Under the pieces are notes generated by a model. That model made no database searches. It was given only the letters and a program-made list of their open reading frames with translations, and had not been told where the DNA came from. From an uncultured delta proteobacterium (GTDB lineage: Bacteria; Myxococcota_A; Polyangia; Polyangiales; Houyiibacteriaceae), in contig CAVOVB010000007.1 in the NCBI GenBank assembly GCA_963699755.1, positions 288,001 to 352,000 of the forward strand: a DNA stretch of 64,000 nucleotides, read 5' to 3'. The position numbers and the translations under genes were made by a program. Position 1 is the stretch's first letter. Each line of letters opens with the position of its first letter. Positions 18,926-27,709 of this stretch are shown here, piece by piece.

Positions 18926-20638
18926 ATGTCATCCAACATTCAAAAACGAGCCGCTAGCGAATCACTGATCTTCCTCTTGATCGTGGGCGGTATCCTGATC
19001 TTGCTCAACGTGCTCGCCGCGTACTTCCCTTCGCCTCGAATCGATCTCACCAAGAACGAGCTCTTCTCCTTGGCCGAAGGCTCCGAACGGCTCTGCTCTA
19101 GCCTCGACGACCGCCTCGAGGTCACTGCGTACTTCACGGAGAACCTCCCGCCGCCGTTCAACGCCACCGAACGTCAGGTGCGCGACTTGCTCGCCGAGTA
19201 CGCTGCAGCGTCGAACGGCAAACTCATCGTTCGCTTCGTCAATCCCAACGACGAGGCTAAGCAGCAGGCCGCGCGCGCCGATGGCGTTCAACCAGTCGCC
19301 CACCAGAAGATCGAAGAAGACCAGGTCGCCGTCGTCGAAGGCTACCGCGGTATCGTCCTGCGCTATCTCGACCGGACTCGAACAGTTCCGGTCATCCAGG
19401 ACACCACCGGGCTCGAGTACACCATCACCGCGGCGATCAAGGAGCTGGTCGGGGAGCGCAAGCCCATCGGAGTCGTGGGCGGCCACGGCGGCCCGAGCCT
19501 CGAGCAGGGGCTCACGAGCCTGCGGTCGGTTCTGTCACTCTACGATGTCCGCGAGGTCGACGCGTCGCAAAACATCGACTCAGGGCTCGCCGCGCTCTTG
19601 ATCATCGGCCCAGAGGAGCCCTTCAGCGACGAGGAGTTGAGGCGAATCGACCAGTACGTGATGCTCGGAGGCTCGCTCGGTGTCTTCGGCGGAGCGATGG
19701 CCGTAGACCTCGGTGGCCAAGCCGGACCTTCGGCTCGAACCTTGAGCTCGCGCATCGACACGCTGCTCGGTACCTGGGGCGTTCGGATGAGCTCGAAGCT
19801 CGTGGCCGACGCGCAGTGCAGCCGCGCGCCGATGGCGGGACCGATGGGTTTGCAGGTTCTCGTGCCCTATCCGCCGATTCCGGTGCTCCAACTCCAACCG
19901 GCGCAGCTGGAACATCCGGTCATGTTTCGTCTCGCCTCGCCCATGCTTCCATTCGTTTCACCGCTCGAGCTAGGGAACGCACCGGCGGACACGAAGCTAA
20001 GCGTGCTCGCGAGCTCGTCACAGGACTCCTGGACGATGTCCGGCGCGACGATTTCACTCGCGCCGCGCAATCCAAGGGACTGGCAGATGGGCACAGACGC
20101 TGGCCCATTCGACCTCATGGTCGCAATCGAAGGCAAGCTGCCTTCGGCGTTTGCGGCGTCGTCGGTCACTGAAGACGAGGCCAACGCCATCGCGGTCCCA
20201 CCAGCCGCTGAAAAGGACGTCCGTGTCTTGGTGGTGGGCACCAGCTCCTTCCTCGAGGACGCTTTCATGCCGCCACGGCCGCCACAGGGGGATGTTCAGA
20301 TGAACGCAGCACTGGCTCTGGCCTTGAACGCGATCGACTGGCTGGCCGCCGATTCGGATTTGATTGCCATCCGCGCCAAGACGAGCGAAGAGCCGGCGCT
20401 AGACATTCCGGATTCGGTTCTCGCCGCAGAAGGCACGGCGCTTGCAGCCGCAGAGCAAGGCGATGAGGCCGGGGTCGAGTCGGCTCTCGCGAAGCGCAAG
20501 GCTGCGATTGAGTCTTGGGACGCAAAGAAGCTTGCGTACCGCTGGGTCAACACCCTTGGGATTCCGTTCATCGTCGCCCTCTTCGGACTCGTTCGCTGGC
20601 GGCAACGCTCCAACAAGAAGAAGACGCTCAAACTCTAG
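18926..20638 (+). CDS. GldG family ABC auxiliary protein
   Basis: N-terminal TM, RIDLTKNELFSLAEGS, LEYTIT, GHG, NAIDWL..DSDLIAIR, C-terminal TM. Confidence 0.85.
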   Translation: MSSNIQKRAASESLIFLLIVGGILILLNVLAAYFPSPRIDLTKNELFSLAEGSERLCSSLDDRLEVTAYFTENLPPPFNATERQVRDLLAEYAAASNGKLIVRFVNPNDEAKQQAARADGVQPVAHQKIEEDQVAVVEGYRGIVLRYLDRTRTVPVIQDTTGLEYTITAAIKELVGERKPIGVVGGHGGPSLEQGLTSLRSVLSLYDVREVDASQNIDSGLAALLIIGPEEPFSDEELRRIDQYVMLGGSLGVFGGAMAVDLGGQAGPSARTLSSRIDTLLGTWGVRMSSKLVADAQCSRAPMAGPMGLQVLVPYPPIPVLQLQPAQLEHPVMFRLASPMLPFVSPLELGNAPADTKLSVLASSSQDSWTMSGATISLAPRNPRDWQMGTDAGPFDLMVAIEGKLPSAFAASSVTEDEANAIAVPPAAEKDVRVLVVGTSSFLEDAFMPPRPPQGDVQMNAALALALNAIDWLAADSDLIAIRAKTSEEPALDIPDSVLAAEGTALAAAEQGDEAGVESALAKRKAAIESWDAKKLAYRWVNTLGIPFIVALFGLVRWRQRSNKKKTLKL

Positions 20639-20655
20639 GCAGGGGAATGCTCGGA

Positions 20656-21726
20656 ATGGAATGGCGAAAGAACCGAATTGCGATTGGAGCCATGGTGTTC
20701 TTCGTGCTGCTCGGCCTGACGGCCTGGGCGGTGGAAAGCAGGAACCGTCAACCCAGGAGCTCGGGGGAGATCCCCAAGATCGAGCTCGACAAGGATGCGA
20801 TCAGCGGGCTCGAGATCACGCGCCCGGGAGACGAGCCGGTGGTGCTTTCCAAGGTCGACGATGCTTGGCGACTGATCAAACCTGTGGATGCCGCCGCAGA
20901 TCAGAACAACGTCGACTCCGCGCTCAATCGGCTCGCCGAGCTCACTATCACCCGTGTCGTGGCGACGAAGCCGGAGAACTACGCACGGCTGCAAGTCGAC
21001 GATGAGAGCGCGGTTCGGATCGTCGTGAAGGCCGGAGACGAAACTCTGAGCGAGCTGATGGTTGGCAAGTACGGCGACGGCATGACCATGCTTCGCGTAG
21101 ACGAGCGCCACGAGGTGTTCGGAGCCAGTGGCTCGCTTCGCTATGCATTTGACCGAGAGCTCAGGGCTTGGCGCGACCGAAAGGTCGTCAGCGTCGAAGC
21201 CCCTGAGGTGCAGTCGATCCGCTTCGAGAGCCCGAAGGGCACGTTCGCCTTCAAGCGCGATGGAGATGCTTGGGCCGCCATCGAAGGGAAGAAGGCCCTC
21301 GGCAACTTCGATCCGAAGCAGGTGACGAGCAGCCTGTCGACCGCGGCGCGGCTGATCGCCTCCGACTTCGCAGCGCAAGACATCTCCGAAGCGAGGGCAG
21401 GGCTAACCGAGCCCAGAGCGACCGTGAGCTTGACCCTGGCCGAGGATCCGGATCCGATCGTGCTCGAGCTCGGCGCCAGCACAGAGCAAGGCGACCAGCT
21501 CTATTTGAGGCGCAAAGGCAACCCCACCGTCTACGTGGTCTCGCACTACCTCGCGGACCGGCTACAGCCCGACGCGGCTGCCTTCCGGACCCCCGCCGAA
21601 GCTCCTCCGCCCCCGCCGGCGATGCCAGGCGGCCCGGCCATCGGAGGACAGCAACAGCCGCAGCTTCCTCCGGAAGTCATGGAGCAGCTGCGGCAGCAGA
21701 TTCAAGCACAGCAGCAACAGCGCTAG
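20656..21726 (+). CDS. DUF4340 domain protein
   Basis: N-terminal TM, two repeated halves (W.L..P..AAD, WRDRKV, GL.EP), usual position after gldG; Pro/Gln-rich tail; start could be 20647. Confidence 0.75.
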   Translation: MEWRKNRIAIGAMVFFVLLGLTAWAVESRNRQPRSSGEIPKIELDKDAISGLEITRPGDEPVVLSKVDDAWRLIKPVDAAADQNNVDSALNRLAELTITRVVATKPENYARLQVDDESAVRIVVKAGDETLSELMVGKYGDGMTMLRVDERHEVFGASGSLRYAFDRELRAWRDRKVVSVEAPEVQSIRFESPKGTFAFKRDGDAWAAIEGKKALGNFDPKQVTSSLSTAARLIASDFAAQDISEARAGLTEPRATVSLTLAEDPDPIVLELGASTEQGDQLYLRRKGNPTVYVVSHYLADRLQPDAAAFRTPAEAPPPPPAMPGGPAIGGQQQPQLPPEVMEQLRQQIQAQQQQR

Positions 21727-22118
21727 GCGCTGGCGCCAAGCCGCCAACCGGCAACCACGATGGACCCCCAGCCGAGTAGGAAGAGCAGGCCTCCTAGCGG
21801 CGTGACCGCCCCGAGCTTGGTCTGGCCGGTAATTGTCATGGTGTAAAGGCTGCCGCTGAAAAGCGCGACCCCTGCAACGAAGGACCAACCCGCAAGCGCT
21901 GCTGGAGCGCCAGCGCCACGATGCAAGAGCCAAGCCACGAAGGCGAGCGCCAGCGCATGCGTGAGGTGATAGTGAGCGGCGGTGTTCCACCAGTCCAGGC
22001 GCTTCATGCCGTCTGGTAGCGAGTCGAGACGCGATCGCAAGCCATGCGCGCCAAACGCTCCCAGCGCGACCGCGCTGAAACCGAGCAAGCCGGAAAGAAT
22101 GATGAAGATTCTAGTCAT
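21723..22118 (-). CDS. DUF423 small membrane protein
   Basis: GAFGAHGL, TAAHYHLTHA, LFSGSLY, GAVTPLGG. Confidence 0.9.
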   Translation of the reverse strand: MTRIFIILSGLLGFSAVALGAFGAHGLRSRLDSLPDGMKRLDWWNTAAHYHLTHALALAFVAWLLHRGAGAPAALAGWSFVAGVALFSGSLYTMTITGQTKLGAVTPLGGLLFLLGWGSIVVAGWRLGASA

Positions 22119-22232
22119 CGGGGCCCATGATGGGCCAAGTCCCGGGCCGCGACCAGGCTGCGCGCTAGCACCTGGCAGTCGAACGCGTTAGGCTGCGCGA
22201 GCGATCGGGGTTATTGGAGCCATGACTCGGAG

Positions 22233-25184
22233 ATGAGCGCAGATTTCGGTGTAAACCAAGGACTGGTCGAGGAGCAGTTTCTGAAGTGGGCGGATAACCC
22301 GCTGGCCGTGGACGAGGCTTGGCGCTCGTACTTCGAAAGCCTCGCGCCAACTGACTGGCCGCAGATCTCAAGTGCAGGGACGATCATGGCGCCGGTCACC
22401 GCGACCGGCCTGCTGAGCCCGGCACCGTCGACGTCCGATGGAAACGGAGCGGCCGCGGCCGTTTCGCCAGGAGTCGTCGAGCCACTCGACGTGGCGGAGG
22501 AGGATGACGGCGTGCGGAACTCGGTGCTCTTGCCACCGACTGCAGAGGCGACGCTCGATCCACTGATCCTCGAAGGCCGCACTTCGTTCCCGCCTTCCGC
22601 GCAGGTCCTTGCAGCCAACGAGCTTCAGGCGCGTCTCTCCGCGCTCATCAATGCGTATCGCGTACGCGGACATCTCTTCGCAAACCTCGACCCGCTCGAC
22701 TTGCACCGAAAGCCGCCCGAGGACGAGCTCGTTTTGAAGCGCTACGGGCTCGCTCACGTCGACCCGGACACGATCTTCGCAACGGGCAACATGGCGGGTC
22801 CGGCAAATGAGTCTCTGCGCTCGGTGCTCGCGCGATTGAAAGACACCTACGCGCGAACGATCGGCGTCGAGTTCACCTCCCTCGAGAACCAGGACGCACG
22901 CGATTGGCTACGCGATCGCATGGAGCTCACCGGGAACCACATCGATCTGAGCCGCGAACAGCAAATCCGCATCCTCACCAAGCTCACCGATGCCGAGATC
23001 TTCGAGCAATTCCTGCACACGAAGTACACCGGCGCGAAGCGCTTCTCGCTCGAAGGAGGGGAAAGCGTCATCCCGATGCTCGACATCCTGACCGAGCGTG
23101 CTTCGGAGCTCGGCGTGGAGGAAATGGTCATCGGCATGGCGCACCGCGGACGGCTCAATGTGATGGTAAACATCATGGAGATGAACGTCCGTCAAATCTT
23201 CGCGGGCTTCGAGGACGACGACCCTGAAAAGTACCTCGGCACGGGCGACGTGAAGTACCACCTCGGCTACTCGCTTGATCGCAAGACTGCGAGCGGGAAC
23301 AACATGCACATGACTTTGGCCTTCAACCCGAGCCATCTGGAGTTCGTGAACCCGGTGGTTGAGGGGCGCGTCCGCGCCAAGCAAGATCGCAAAGGCGACG
23401 ATGACCGTACCACCGTGCTGCCTCTCTTGATTCATGGTGACGCCGCCTTCGTCGGCCAGGGTGTGGTCGCGGAGACTTTGAACTTGAGCCGGCTTCCTGC
23501 GTACGAAACCGGCGGCACCGTCCACGTCGTCATCAACAATCAGATCGGCTTCACCACCAACCCCGAGGACTCGCGGTCGACCTCGTACTGCACCGACATC
23601 ACCCGAATGCTTCGCTGCCCTGTCTTCCATGTGAACGGCGAGGATCCAGAGGCGGTAGCGCAAGCGGTGACCTTGGCGACGGAGTACCGGCAGCGCTTCC
23701 ACGCGGACGTAGTGCTCGACCTCTTCTGCTACCGGAAATACGGCCACAACGAAGGTGACGAACCGCGATTCACCCAACCGGAGATGTACGCGGCCATTGA
23801 CCGGAAGAAGACGGTTCGTGAGGTGTATATCGATCACCTGGTCAAAACGGGGAAGTTGACCGGCAAGCAGGCCGACGAGATCCGGGTCCGGCGCCAGCAG
23901 GACTTGGAAAATGCGCTCGAAGACACGCGCAAGAACGGACACTACAACCTCATCCCCGCGTCGATGCTTGGGCTTTGGGCAGATTACCGCGGCGGCAGCG
24001 ATTTGGACGTCCCGGACGCGGATACGCGGTTTCCCAAAGCCGAGCTGATCGAGGCGCTCGACAAGATGACGAGCTACCCCGACTGGTTCACACCACACCC
24101 TCGCATCGAGCGATTCGTTCTCGACAAGCAACGCAAGGTCATGAGTACTGGCGAAGGCGTCGACTGGGGCACCGCTGAGAACCTCGCGTTTGCGAGCCTT
24201 TTGCTACAGGGAGTTCGCTGCAGGCTCACCGGCCAGGATGTTCGCCGCGGCACATTCAGCCACCGTCACGCTGTCATCTTCGACGAGAAGACCGGCCGGC
24301 GGTATACGCGTCTGGGGCACCTGAGCGCCGATCAGGCGCAGCTGGAGATCTACGACAGCCCGCTTTCCGAGGTTGGTGTCCTGGGCTTCGAATGGGGATA
24401 CTCGCTCGACTCGCCGGATGCCTTGGTGTGCTGGGAGGCTCAGTTCGGCGACTTCGTGAACGTAGCGCAGGTGATCGTCGACCAGTTCATTTCTTCGTCT
24501 GAGGACAAGTGGCACCGCCTGAGTGGCCTCGTCATGTTGCTCCCGCACGGCATGGAGGGCCAAGGTCCTGAGCACTCGAGCGCAAGGCTCGAACGCTTCC
24601 TGATGCTTTGCGCGGAAGACAACATGCAGATCGTCAACCTCACGACCCCTGCGCAGCTCTTTCACTGCCTCAGGCGTCAGGTCCTGCGCCCCTGGCGCAA
24701 GCCACTCATCGTCATGAGCCCGAAGAGCCTGTTGCGGCACCGCCGCGCCGTCAGCACGCTGGACGAGCTCGCCGAGGGCTCTTTTCAGCGGATCATTGCC
24801 GACGAGCCAACGGTGGATCCCCGCAAGGTTCGACGCCTCGTTCTGTGCACCGGGAAGATCTACTACGACCTCCTCGACCGCCGGGAGCAGACCGGGGCCA
24901 ATGACGTGGGTATTCTGAGAGTGGAGCAGCTCTATCCGCTCCGCGCTCGCGAGCTTCAGGCACGCCTGGCCCCGTATCCCAAGGACGTCGACCTGGTCTG
25001 GGTCCAGGAGGAGCCGTGGAACATGGGCGCCTGGTACTTCATGCGCGCCCGGCTGCCGGAGATTCTGGGCGACGAGCCACCCCTACGCTGCATTGCCCGG
25101 CCGGAAAGCGCCAGCCCCGCGACCGGTTCCGGGGCCTCGCACAAGCTCGAGCAGCGCATGCTTATCGACGAAGTGTTCCAGTAG
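22233..25184 (+). CDS. sucA: 2-oxoglutarate dehydrogenase E1
   Basis: KRFSLEG, GMAHRGRLN, GDVKYH, HGDAAF, GHNEGDEP, RGTFSHRH, WEAQFGDF, GPEHSSAR. Confidence 0.97.
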   Translation: MSADFGVNQGLVEEQFLKWADNPLAVDEAWRSYFESLAPTDWPQISSAGTIMAPVTATGLLSPAPSTSDGNGAAAAVSPGVVEPLDVAEEDDGVRNSVLLPPTAEATLDPLILEGRTSFPPSAQVLAANELQARLSALINAYRVRGHLFANLDPLDLHRKPPEDELVLKRYGLAHVDPDTIFATGNMAGPANESLRSVLARLKDTYARTIGVEFTSLENQDARDWLRDRMELTGNHIDLSREQQIRILTKLTDAEIFEQFLHTKYTGAKRFSLEGGESVIPMLDILTERASELGVEEMVIGMAHRGRLNVMVNIMEMNVRQIFAGFEDDDPEKYLGTGDVKYHLGYSLDRKTASGNNMHMTLAFNPSHLEFVNPVVEGRVRAKQDRKGDDDRTTVLPLLIHGDAAFVGQGVVAETLNLSRLPAYETGGTVHVVINNQIGFTTNPEDSRSTSYCTDITRMLRCPVFHVNGEDPEAVAQAVTLATEYRQRFHADVVLDLFCYRKYGHNEGDEPRFTQPEMYAAIDRKKTVREVYIDHLVKTGKLTGKQADEIRVRRQQDLENALEDTRKNGHYNLIPASMLGLWADYRGGSDLDVPDADTRFPKAELIEALDKMTSYPDWFTPHPRIERFVLDKQRKVMSTGEGVDWGTAENLAFASLLLQGVRCRLTGQDVRRGTFSHRHAVIFDEKTGRRYTRLGHLSADQAQLEIYDSPLSEVGVLGFEWGYSLDSPDALVCWEAQFGDFVNVAQVIVDQFISSSEDKWHRLSGLVMLLPHGMEGQGPEHSSARLERFLMLCAEDNMQIVNLTTPAQLFHCLRRQVLRPWRKPLIVMSPKSLLRHRRAVSTLDELAEGSFQRIIADEPTVDPRKVRRLVLCTGKIYYDLLDRREQTGANDVGILRVEQLYPLRARELQARLAPYPKDVDLVWVQEEPWNMGAWYFMRARLPEILGDEPPLRCIARPESASPATGSGASHKLEQRMLIDEVFQ

Positions 25185-25293
25185 CGCGGAAAGGCGTGGA
25201 CGCCTCAATCCGGGCGCCCGCACGTCGCAAGAACAAGAACCGCCGCAGTCCGGTGTCGCGCCTCTTCCGCGTCCCGCTCGTTGAGTCGTTCAA

Positions 25294-25331
25294 TTGAGAA
25301 CGGCCTCGTCTGGGGACGAGGCGTTCTTCAA
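25294..25331. terminator. Hairpin between convergent sucA and hsp20, possible bidirectional terminator
   Basis: ttgagaacggcctcgtc-tggg-gacgaggcgttcttcaa. Confidence 0.55.
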
Positions 25332-25346
25332 GAAGCTATCGGGCCT

Positions 25347-25760
25347 TTACTTCGTCGCCTTGACCGCGATCTTTTTCGGGGTTGGCGCTGCCTTTTTCGG
25401 GAGGCGTAGCTCGAGCACGCCGTTCTTGAGGTCGGCGCTGATCTTGTCGGCGTCGACCGTCTCGGGGAGGCTGAACGAGCGGGTGAAGCTCCCGTACTGC
25501 CGCTCGACACGACGATAGGTGCCCTCGTTCTCTTCCTTCTCAACTTTACGTTCGCCGCTGAGCGTGAGAACCTTGTTCTCGACGTCGACCTTGACGTCTT
25601 CCGCAGCCAAGCCCGGCACCTCAGCATCTACGTAAAAAGCATCATCCTCTTCGCGGATATCGACCGCGACTTGAAATGCCTGCCTTGCAAGCCCCCTGCC
25701 ACCGAAGTAGTGGTCATGGAGGCGGTTCATCTCTTCAAATGGATCCCAACGAACCAACAT
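25347..25760 (-). CDS. Small heat shock protein (Hsp20)
   Basis: WDPF, VDIRE, AEVPG, LSGER, ERQYGSFTRSF, NGVLEL.LPK; GGAGGA SD. Confidence 0.95.
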   Translation of the reverse strand: MLVRWDPFEEMNRLHDHYFGGRGLARQAFQVAVDIREEDDAFYVDAEVPGLAAEDVKVDVENKVLTLSGERKVEKEENEGTYRRVERQYGSFTRSFSLPETVDADKISADLKNGVLELRLPKKAAPTPKKIAVKATK

Positions 25761-25856
25761 GATGTACTCCTCCGTCAACCTGCGTGCGCAGGCTCGTCAT
25801 TGATCGGAGCAACTGAAAACGCCACCGTTGCGCCTCGACTGTCTTCCGATGGACGC

Positions 25857-25920
25857 AAGCTAATCACGGAAAACGCACTGTCAACTCTCGAATTGACCCG
25901 ATTTCGGCGCGCGATAGGCT
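25857..25920. promoter_or_regulatory. Back-to-back sigma70-type promoters
   Basis: Minus strand TTGACA(25884-25879)-N16-TAGCTT; plus strand TTGACC(25893-25898)-N16-TAGGCT. Confidence 0.55.
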
Positions 25921-25928
25921 ACCCGCAG

Positions 25929-26459
25929 ATGAGGGTTTCCAAGCTCACGGTCGTCTTCGCGCTGATGGTTGGCACGCTATCGACTGGCTGCGTTGAGGAC
26001 GTGCGCTTCAATCCATCGGGCTGTGACGTGCACGTTCGCGGTCGTTGGCGCGTCGACGGGCAGGACCCGACGGCCGATACCTGCGGCGACATCGGCCTGG
26101 TCGAGCTCGCGATAATTGACGATTCGGAGCGCCAGTTCTGGGCGGCGCCGGAGTTCACTCTGCGATGCGATGCCGCGAGCGACGCGAACGCGGTGGTCAT
26201 CGACGGGGGCGCCTACCTAGACACGATCCGGGTGACGCGTAATCGCTGTGGCGGCACCGGCAAGATCCTCAAAGACCCGCCGGACCAGCAGTACAAATCT
26301 CGCTGGCGTGCAACCACAGAGCTCAAGTTCGTCGTCGACTGCTCACCGATCCAAACGACTCCAATCACGACCATCGACGGTGGCACCGACCTCATCCTGG
26401 ATGTCGGCACCGTAGACTTTCAAACCCTGGATGCCGGCGTGGAATGCCCAGCGCCTTGA
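25929..26459 (+). CDS. Hypothetical Cys-containing lipoprotein
   Basis: MRVSKLTVVFALMVGTLSTGC signal/lipobox; 6 further Cys. Confidence 0.7.
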   Translation: MRVSKLTVVFALMVGTLSTGCVEDVRFNPSGCDVHVRGRWRVDGQDPTADTCGDIGLVELAIIDDSERQFWAAPEFTLRCDAASDANAVVIDGGAYLDTIRVTRNRCGGTGKILKDPPDQQYKSRWRATTELKFVVDCSPIQTTPITTIDGGTDLILDVGTVDFQTLDAGVECPAP

Positions 26460-26498
26460 TCCCTTGCAAAGGAACCCTAGGGTAGTCATACCCATCCT

Positions 26499-27200
26499 GT
26501 GTTCCGCTTTCCCCCACTCACCCCCTTCGTCAAGAAGCTGCTCATTGGACTCTTTGGCGCCTGGATCGTGCAGATCATCCTTCAGAACTGGGCGGGTGTG
26601 CCGATTTTCGAGGTCCTCGCGCTCGACACCAGACGGCCTGGCGTGGCGACCCTTTGGCAGCTCGGGACCCATGTGCTGGCCTTTCCGACCGGTCCACAGG
26701 CCGTGTTCTCCATGCTGATCATGCTGGTCTTTCTCTGGTGGATGCTCGCTCCCTTCGAGCAGCGATTCGGTGAGAAGCGCACCATTCAGCTTTGCGCCGT
26801 GGCGGTGCTCTGCTCCGCGATCATGGCGCTCGTCGTAGGGTTGCTCGTTCCCAACCCTTCCGCCCTGTACGGCGCCCAGGCCATGCTCTTGGGGTCGATC
26901 GCGGCCTTTGCATGGTCGTATCGCGGCCAAGGCCGAATGAGCTTCTTCGGCGTCATCGACATGAAGCCCGTGCACATCATCTATCTGGTGCTTGCGTTGA
27001 GCCTCTTGATGTTCATCACGTCTGGCGACGCCGTGGCGCTTGCCGCCGATATCGGCGCGATCGGTGGTGGCATGGCGTTCATCGAGTGGCTGAGACGCCC
27101 GCCACGCGGGGGACGTCGTCGGCCGAAGCGGCGCAAGAAGAAGAGCTCATTCGATGTCGTACAAGGTGGTCGCGCAGATGAGCCGCGTTGGCTAAACTAA
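26499..27200 (+). CDS. Rhomboid-fold membrane protein lacking catalytic residues
   Basis: PLTPFVK, WQLGTH, FEQRFG; GxSG position reads GAQA; TM6 AHxGG reads ADIGA. Confidence 0.7.
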   Translation: MFRFPPLTPFVKKLLIGLFGAWIVQIILQNWAGVPIFEVLALDTRRPGVATLWQLGTHVLAFPTGPQAVFSMLIMLVFLWWMLAPFEQRFGEKRTIQLCAVAVLCSAIMALVVGLLVPNPSALYGAQAMLLGSIAAFAWSYRGQGRMSFFGVIDMKPVHIIYLVLALSLLMFITSGDAVALAADIGAIGGGMAFIEWLRRPPRGGRRRPKRRKKKSSFDVVQGGRADEPRWLN

Positions 27201-27204
27201 CCCC

Positions 27205-27666
27205 ATGTCTCGTACCGCGTTCATACCAGCGGCATTTCTCGCGATGCTGTCGTTCGGTCCGTTGCTTGGCTGCTCGAGCCCGACGCCAGGCTACGGCCTC
27301 ACGCCAGTGTACGACGCCTGTAACACGGTCGAGGACTGTGTCGAGACCGCAACTCGTTGCGCGGAGCTTCGGGTCGAGTTTGCCGGCTTCGACTACGTCA
27401 ACTACGTTTGTACTCTGACTTGCGGGGCCGAAGGCCCGCTCTCCGCCGACTGCCCGAGAGCCTACGTTGGAATCTTCGGGAGCTGCTACCCCTCGAGGGT
27501 TGCCGGCGGCATCAACGACACCTCGATTTGTTTCGACCCCTGCTTCGTCGACGACGACTGCCAGCTGGGTTTCCGCTGCCTGGGCGCAGAGAGCTTATGT
27601 GGGTCCGACCTGGGCTCCTGCCCGATCGATGAGAACGACGCGATTTGCGTTCCTGGCCCCGATTGA
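27205..27666 (+). CDS. Cys-rich lipoprotein
   Basis: LLGC lipobox; many paired Cys (C...DDC..GF.C pattern). Confidence 0.75.
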   Translation: MSRTAFIPAAFLAMLSFGPLLGCSSPTPGYGLTPVYDACNTVEDCVETATRCAELRVEFAGFDYVNYVCTLTCGAEGPLSADCPRAYVGIFGSCYPSRVAGGINDTSICFDPCFVDDDCQLGFRCLGAESLCGSDLGSCPIDENDAICVPGPD

Positions 27667-27709
27667 TGCTTTTGAGGCTTCGTCTGCAACTGCGTGCTAA
27701 TCCATTCGC

